A stretch of DNA of 64,000 bases from Macrostomum lignano (taxonomy: Eukaryota), in contig NIVC01001075.1 of assembly GCA_002269645.1 (NCBI GenBank), forward strand, positions 124,001 to 188,000, written 5' to 3'. Below are positions 57,791 to 64,000 of the stretch, piece after piece. A program made the translations under genes and the position numbers. Under the pieces are notes generated by a model that did not search any database, had not been told where the DNA came from, and was given only the letters and a program-made list of their open reading frames with translations. Every line of letters starts with the position of its first letter. Position 1 is the stretch's first letter.

Positions 57791-57986
57791 GTACACTCCT
57801 GTGAGTGAGTGTGTGCCTGTGTGCCTGTACATGTATCCGCGCGCTTGTGTGCCTGCTCAGGGGAGTCGGTGGAATTGGCAACAATGTCGCTTAGAGTGCG
57901 CCAGGGTGCACAGCCAAACAGCTAGAAAGAAACAGATAGAAACAAACAGCATGAATAACCAGCTAATTAGATAGATAATCGCGCAC

Positions 57987-58589
57987 CTGCAGCAGCACAG
58001 CAACAGCCTCGGCGTTTCCCATCCTGCAGGCCACGTGCAGCGCAGTCTGGCAGTCGCGGGCCACCGCGTCAACTGGGCAGCCGCCTCTGCCAAGCAGCAG
58101 CCGGACAACCTCGGCGTGACCTCCGCGCACCGCCAAATGCAGCGGCGTCTCGCCCCGGATCGTGGTTGCTGAGACCGCCGCTGCCGCCGCCGCGGCTGTG
58201 GAATCTCCTCCAGCAGAGCCTGTGGACGACCTCTGATCGAGTGGTGGCGGCACCAGCAGCCTGGACACCACAGCCGCGTGGCCCATGTAGGCGGCCACGT
58301 GCAGCGGCGTCAAGCCGGACTCCGTGGCGGCGGCCGGATCGGCACCTCTGGCGAGCAGCAGTTCGACCACGCGGAGGCGGTTCTTCTTGCAGGCGATGTG
58401 CAGCGGCGTGAAGCCGTTCAGCGCTCGCGGCGCCACCCGACAGCCGTGGTCCAGGAGCAGCTGGGCGGAGCCGGCAAAGCCGCAGTGCGCAGCGACATGC
58501 AGCGGCGTCAGCAGGTCGACGGTGGCGTCCTCAGAGTGGGCGCCGTGGCTTAGCAGCAGGCGAGCGCAGTCGGCGTGATCGCCTTGCAC
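57987..58589 (-). CDS. ank: Ankyrin repeat exon
   Basis: QGDH..LTPLHVAAHCG..NGFTPLHIACKKNR..ESGLTPLHVAAYMG; 603 nt, phase 0-0. Confidence 0.97.
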
Positions 58590-58823
58590 CTGCAATGACG
58601 AATTCAATCAGCAGTCGGGGTTCTGTGTTTAAACAGCGATAGCTACGAGATAGTTTGCCTCCTTTTGCTTGTTTTTGTTTTACTAATCTGTCACACAGTA
58701 GGCAGTGAAGAAGTTATTTTAATTGACAGACGATGATGCGCGATGTTGTCTAAAACCCCTTGGAATGTGAAGATAAGCCAAATCACTAGTAAACAGAATG
58801 TACGACTCGTCAAGGCCTCTCAC

Positions 58824-59630
58824 CGCCATGTGCAGCGGAGTCAGGCCGCTCCTTGACCGCACCGACACCCCGGCTTGCCGAGCCAGCAGCAGCTCCAGCA
58901 CGGCAGTTTGTCCAGACCGGGCTGCGCAGTGCAGCGGCGTCAGACCGTCGCGAGTTCGGCAGTCGACGCTGGCACCGGCGTCAAGAAGTCGCTGGGCGAC
59001 CGCCTGGGTGCCCCACTTGGCGGCCACGTGCAGCGGTGCGATGCCATTGCGGGCCGGGTAGGTGGCATCGGCGCCGCGCTCCAGCAGCAGTCCGGCAACA
59101 CCGGAGCTGCCGTAGTGCGCGGCGATGTGCAGCGCTGTGAAGCCGCTGCCAGCCTGCTGGTTGGTGTCGCACTCGGCCGTCAGCAGCAGCGCCGCCGACC
59201 GCGTGTCGTCTTTCTTAGCGGCCACATGCAGCGCCGGCATGCGCGACCGGCCCCGTGTGTCGTTCTCCAGCAGGATGGCCACCACCCTGTCGTGGCCCTG
59301 CTGCAGCGCCACGGCCAGAGGCGTGAAGCCGTCGGTAGTTGCGAGCGTCTGGAGAGCGCCGGAGGCCAACAGGAGGCGGACAACGTCGACGTGATTCTCC
59401 TGCGCTGCCATGTACAGCGGCGTGAAGCCGTTCTGCGACTGGCAGTTCACTTTGGCGCCCTTCTCTATCAACAGCCGGGCCACTTCCAGCTGTCCGGCCA
59501 AGCAGGCGATGTGCAGCGCCGTGTTGCCCTTCTTTGTGCAGGCGTCCGGGTCGGCATTTCGCATCAATAGCTCTCTGACCACCGCAGTGTGGCCCTCCTT
59601 GGCTGCCAGATGCAGCGCATTCAGGCCGTT
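58824..59630 (-). CDS. ank: Ankyrin repeat exon (first identified; from repeat 2)
   Basis: [55 protein letters not shown], the hallmark of true ankyrins; 807 nt, phase 0-0. Confidence 0.98.
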
Positions 59631-60829
59631 CTGTTTGGGCGAATGGTTTGATAGGGGAAGTTCATTGAGCGTGTATGAGCTCTATGATCTAAATGACGAT
59701 TCTGCAATCGCAAATTAAGGATTAAGGATTAACACAGAATAAATGTATTCTGTATGTAAAATCCCAATTAGTGCCAGAGTTTATGCTTCTTAATTCCCAA
59801 AGCATCAGACATCTTGGACTTGGGACTTGGACATTAGAGCGACAGACAGATCCATATCGATGCACTTTGAGTGGGAAAGATCGACACTTAAGATTGAGAA
59901 TTGCGGAACTTCGATTTACATTAATGACTAAAATCTTTTTTGGACTGCCTCTCAATCGAGCATCCATTTCTATCTCAGTCAGCTCTCTGACCCTGAAATT
60001 CGAAATCAAACCGCTCTAATTTGACTCTTGACCGTTTCCCAAGTCGATTCTGGCTCATTGGGAATGGGAGAATATTGATTCCGTTGGGAGATTGGTCAGA
60101 AAATTAATTCTGCTTGACAAAACTCGTACTCATTTATCTGGCTTGGCCAGAAGACACTTGAGTGACTTTTTTGATTTTCTATGAGCAAAGGAAATGTTCT
60201 TGTCCGAACGCTGGTCTTTAATTACCAAGTCTAGTTCCCGGGAATCAATGCCTTCTTTGCTTCGAGTCCGCGGTTAAAAGACATTCCGGCTGCAGAATCA
60301 ACCTGTTTTTTACACAAAAACAAGTAGTTTGAGGACTGCTTGCGGCAGCAGAATTTAAGTATAGCTCGTATAGCGATGTTGCTGGAAATCACAACAAAGT
60401 TACGAGTAGAAGGAAGCCGTCAGTGGCCAAAGTCACCAGTGTCGTTTGTTAATAAGATTAGAAAACTCATGGTGAGTCGACATTCCGTTTCAGCCTATGT
60501 GGGGCCAGAAAATGAGAAATCGTGCCAGCCCCAGACTAGCAGTCACCCTTAGGGCGTGCGATGGAGCTATCCGATGCGCAAAGGCAGCAGGAAATTTGAC
60601 CTTGCTCAAGCGTATTTCGGCTGAGCTCAGAGAGGCGCTGGAGCGTTCCCGGGGGAGTCGAACTCTCGGCTATCGCGCTTTTGAATAGCTCAAATTCGAC
60701 TCATCTCTCTGGCACTCTCTCGTTCAATATCAATCCCATTCTTAACGCCTGTTGCTCCGTTCTTTCCTTCCTCCGTGCTTTTGTTTTCCCGCTTTTCTGG
60801 TACAGGCTCCGGTACCCTCCGGCTGGTCC

Positions 60830-61808
60830 GTCTATGATCAGCTCTGCTACCCCACCGATCCGTCTATGATCAGCTCTGCTACCCCACCGATAAGTCTATG
60901 ATCAGCTCTGCTACCCCACCGATCCGTCTATGATCAGCTCTGCTACCCCAACCGATCCGTCTATGATCAGCTCTGCTACCTCACCGATCCGTCTATGATC
61001 AGCTCTGCTACCCCAACCGATCCATCTATGATCAGCTCTGCTACCTCACCGATCCGTCTATGATCAGCTCTGCTACCCCACCGATCCGTCTATGATCAGC
61101 TCTGCTACCCCACCGATCCGTCTATGATCAGCTCTGCTACCCCACCGATCCGTCTATGATCAGCTCTGCTACCTCATCGATCCGTCTATGATCAGCTCTG
61201 CTACCCCAACCGATCCATCTACGATCAGCTCTGCTACCCCACCGATCCGTCTATGATCAGCTCTGCTACCCCACCGATCCGTCTATGATCAGCTCTGCTA
61301 CCTCACCGATCCGTCTATGATCAGCTCTGCTACCCCACCGATCCATCTATGATCAGCTCTGATACCCCACCGATCCATCTATGATCAGCTCTGCTACCCC
61401 ACCAATTCGTCTATGATCAGCTCTGCTACCCACCGATCCATCTATGATCAGCTCTGCTACCCCACCGATAAGTCTATGATCAGCTCTGCTACCCCACCGA
61501 TCCGTCTATGATCAGCTCTGCTACCTCACCGATCCGTCTATGATCAGCTCTGCTACCCCAACCGATCCGTCTATGATCAGCTCTGCTACCCCACCGATAA
61601 GTCTATGATCAGCTCTGCTACCCCAACCGATCCGTCTATGATCAGCTCTGCTACCTCACCGATCCGTCTATGATCAGCTCTGCTACCCCAACCGATCCGT
61701 CTATGATCAGCTCTGCTACCCCAACCGATCCATCTATGATCAGCTCTGCTACCCCACCGATCCATCTATGATCAGTTCTGATACCCAACCGATAAGTCTT
61801 TGATCAGC
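60830..61808. repeat. 32/33-bp minisatellite
   Basis: ccgatccgtctatgatcagctctgctacccca, about 30 copies. Confidence 0.95.
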
Positions 61809-62574
61809 TGAAAAACGCACAGTTCCTTGCACCATGTTTCGTCAAACTCACTGTCGCATCGTGAAACTGCAAAAACTTTTCCAGTTCAGGCGTAATGGCC
61901 AAACCGTGCTGTGAACGCAAAGGATGCCTGCGTCGGAACCTCAGCAACTGGGGCTGCTGTTGTTGTTGAATCTGCTGCTGCTGCTGCTGCTGAACTCGCT
62001 GATGACGGGAAGACAGCGGTGGTAGCGGTGGCGGTGACAACAGCTGGACGCAGCCCGTTGGACGCTGCAACGCGCTGACACCATCGCGGATTGCTGATCG
62101 GCGGTACATTGTTTGATTCTTCCCAGCTGCCACTGTGGACTTCTCATCCCAGATCTTTTCCAGTTGGCGATTGTTGTCTAGATTCTTTAAATCTCTCTCT
62201 TATTTTTCTCTTAGCGAATTATGTGAACACAGGCCCCGGTCAGCCAATGACTGTTGGTCTTCGACTCTCGTTCACTTTCTATCTAACAGCCCGAGCATTT
62301 GGAGACTTTTCGACAGATCCTGCAAACACGGAAATTTCCAACCTTGAAGGACGCATCTGCGAATTCACGTCAAATAAGAGAGAACACGACAGCTACTGGG
62401 ATAGAAGATAGTTAAGACAGATTCTTGGACGTACTCTGGAGATGTCCTGCAGTCAAAGAGACTAATGAGCAAAGCTTGACGTGTTCATGTTCGTTTGTTT
62501 TTTTAATTCTCCGCTTTAATTTGCAGAGACGGGTCTCGTTCTGCTACGGATTGATCAAAAAGAATACGAGAGTC

Positions 62575-62655
62575 CGTGTACGGACCCCAAATTAATTTGA
62601 CCAAGCCGCGGACTCGAACCCCAGGAAAGCGCCTGATCGTTGACCACCTATAAGG
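62575..62655 (-). mobile_element. Possible tRNA-derived SINE head
   Basis: B box GGTTCGAGTCC with a weak upstream A-box-like motif. Confidence 0.35.
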
Positions 62656-63160
62656 CTTGTGCAAGACAGCTCCTTGCCCTAATACTCAGCGTTGTCTCAA
62701 TATTTTTCGGCTGTTTCAGTTATCTTCAAAGAATTTCGGTTTGCTTTTAACAAAATCTTGCGCAGCAGATAAGTGCGCAGTGGCAGGTGAAGAGAAATCT
62801 CCCATTTTTCTCCAAGCTCCAAGTTTTTTTCAGAGTTTTCCTTTACTTCTTGTGTCCGCTATTCAATTTTTTAGCACACGCCAGTTCACGACAATTTCTT
62901 CCCACTTGTACCGATCTGGGACTGGAAGTCTTCGAGTGGCATTTTGCAGATATCCCACCTGCTGGGAAGACTATGCCTTTGCTTCTCTCTGCGTAAAACT
63001 GCACCATTTCCCATCCGTACGGATTCCTTCAGGTCGACTTTGGCGATTTGACGATTTTCAGTCGCGGCTTCTCTGAACCTACAAGTTTACGTATATCCTT
63101 CTAATTCGTACTTTCAGTCATTCTCCACGTTCTCCATCTGGTTTAGCTAGCAGCTTAATG

Positions 63161-63605
63161 CACAGATACTAGAATAACTAGATGGGCCACTCAGCGCATA
63201 TGCGTGTAAGCTACTTTCAGTTCAGTAGTGAGTTAAACAGAAGCTTTTAATTGTATTTTTAAAGCCCAGGCTCAATTTTGGCTCTTACCCCCAGCTTAAA
63301 CCCTCCAACCGGGCCTTTCCACACTACCCCCGCCCCGCCCCAAATTTTATTGCCTTTCTCGGACTTCCAGCCTAAATCGGCTATGTACATTTCAGTGGAC
63401 TGGCCAATGTACATTATTGCTGAACCAATTAGCAAGTTGTTTACGCCTGCAAGCTTGGGCTTCTAAACTTATCAAAGTCATTTCAGCTGCCTTTATTTTT
63501 ATGAAATAGTTTATGTATTCTTCTTTGCTACTGAACTGAAAGTAGAAAGCTGTTTTACTAAGTATATATGCCTGAGTGGCCCAACTAGTTATTTTAGTAG
63601 CTGTG
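63161..63605. mobile_element. Non-autonomous DNA transposon (MITE), possibly P-like, copy 2
   Basis: TIR CACAGATACTAGAATAACTAG...CTAGTTATTTTAGTAGCTGTG; flanks CTTAATG / CTTAATT (6 of 7 match); inverted homolog of 1077-1568. Confidence 0.8.
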
Positions 63606-64000
63606 CTTAATTTAATGTCTTATAAAAAATCTATATGCGAGCGTATCTTCTAGATAAAAGGGTCATCTCATATCTGACTCTCTGTCGTTCGGTTATTTTC
63701 TACCCTATAATAGCGAACTAGCATCTGGAAACTGAAGCCGATCCTGCAGCTTTCTCGACACTGAAGATTTCTAATAATAAGAACAAAACTTGCAGAAAGA
63801 CCCTGGCGCAACGTCTTCTGCGATATCGTTCCACTGCCAACCAGCTCTGACGGCAATTCTGCCCTGGTGACTTTCTAATCGTCAGGCATGTGCAGTCTCT
63901 GTGCCTTGTGTACGTCACTTTTCGTACGTACCACTGAGCTGCCCGCCCCCAAAGAGATTCCTAAAAAGACATTTATTTAGGCCGGGAAAGTTCAGCTGAG

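Larger units (their letters stand above)
26924..59630 (-). other. ank: Ankyrin gene span (giant ankyrin; unc-44/Ank2 family), 5' end not identified
   Basis: ANK repeats, ZU5-ZU5-UPA and a giant exon joined by mostly phase-consistent GT-AG junctions; exon encoding repeat 1 not found in window. Confidence 0.95.

Noticed and set aside
60497-60688. AIRCAKAAGNL resembling ankyrin repeat 1 (FLRAARAGNL)
   Set aside because: It is on the + strand, opposite to the ankyrin gene; more likely chance or a LINE remnant.

Overview
Eukaryotic (metazoan) genomic DNA, not prokaryotic. It has GC-rich exons with GT-AG introns, a different minisatellite in most large introns and an interstitial (TTAGGG)4. The style suggests a free-living flatworm such as Macrostomum (inference only). 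About half of the window (26.9-59.6 kb, minus strand, 5' exon(s) not found) is a canonical ankyrin gene (ANK repeats-ZU5-ZU5-UPA; unc-44/Ank2 family), which I traced through 23 candidate exons, most joined by phase-consistent splice junctions. It carries a ~9.75-kb giant exon: a 14/15-aa EEPAHAEEKV repeat array, an acidic tail, an SxIP motif and LIR-like motifs. No death domain was recognisable. The giant exon is broken in this assembly by three apparent single-G deletions. The left part holds an apparently intact 2,970-bp Chapaev-type DDE transposon (686-aa ORF, 122-bp TIRs, 4-bp TSD, empty-site paralog nearby) inserted in a higher-order satellite. It also holds two divergent paralogous small genes with a CS/p23-like fold and a shared insertion. 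Several MITEs with verifiable TSDs, tRNA-derived SINEs, a LINE 3' remnant and many tandem repeats fill the rest. No rRNA, true tRNA gene or CRISPR array is supported.
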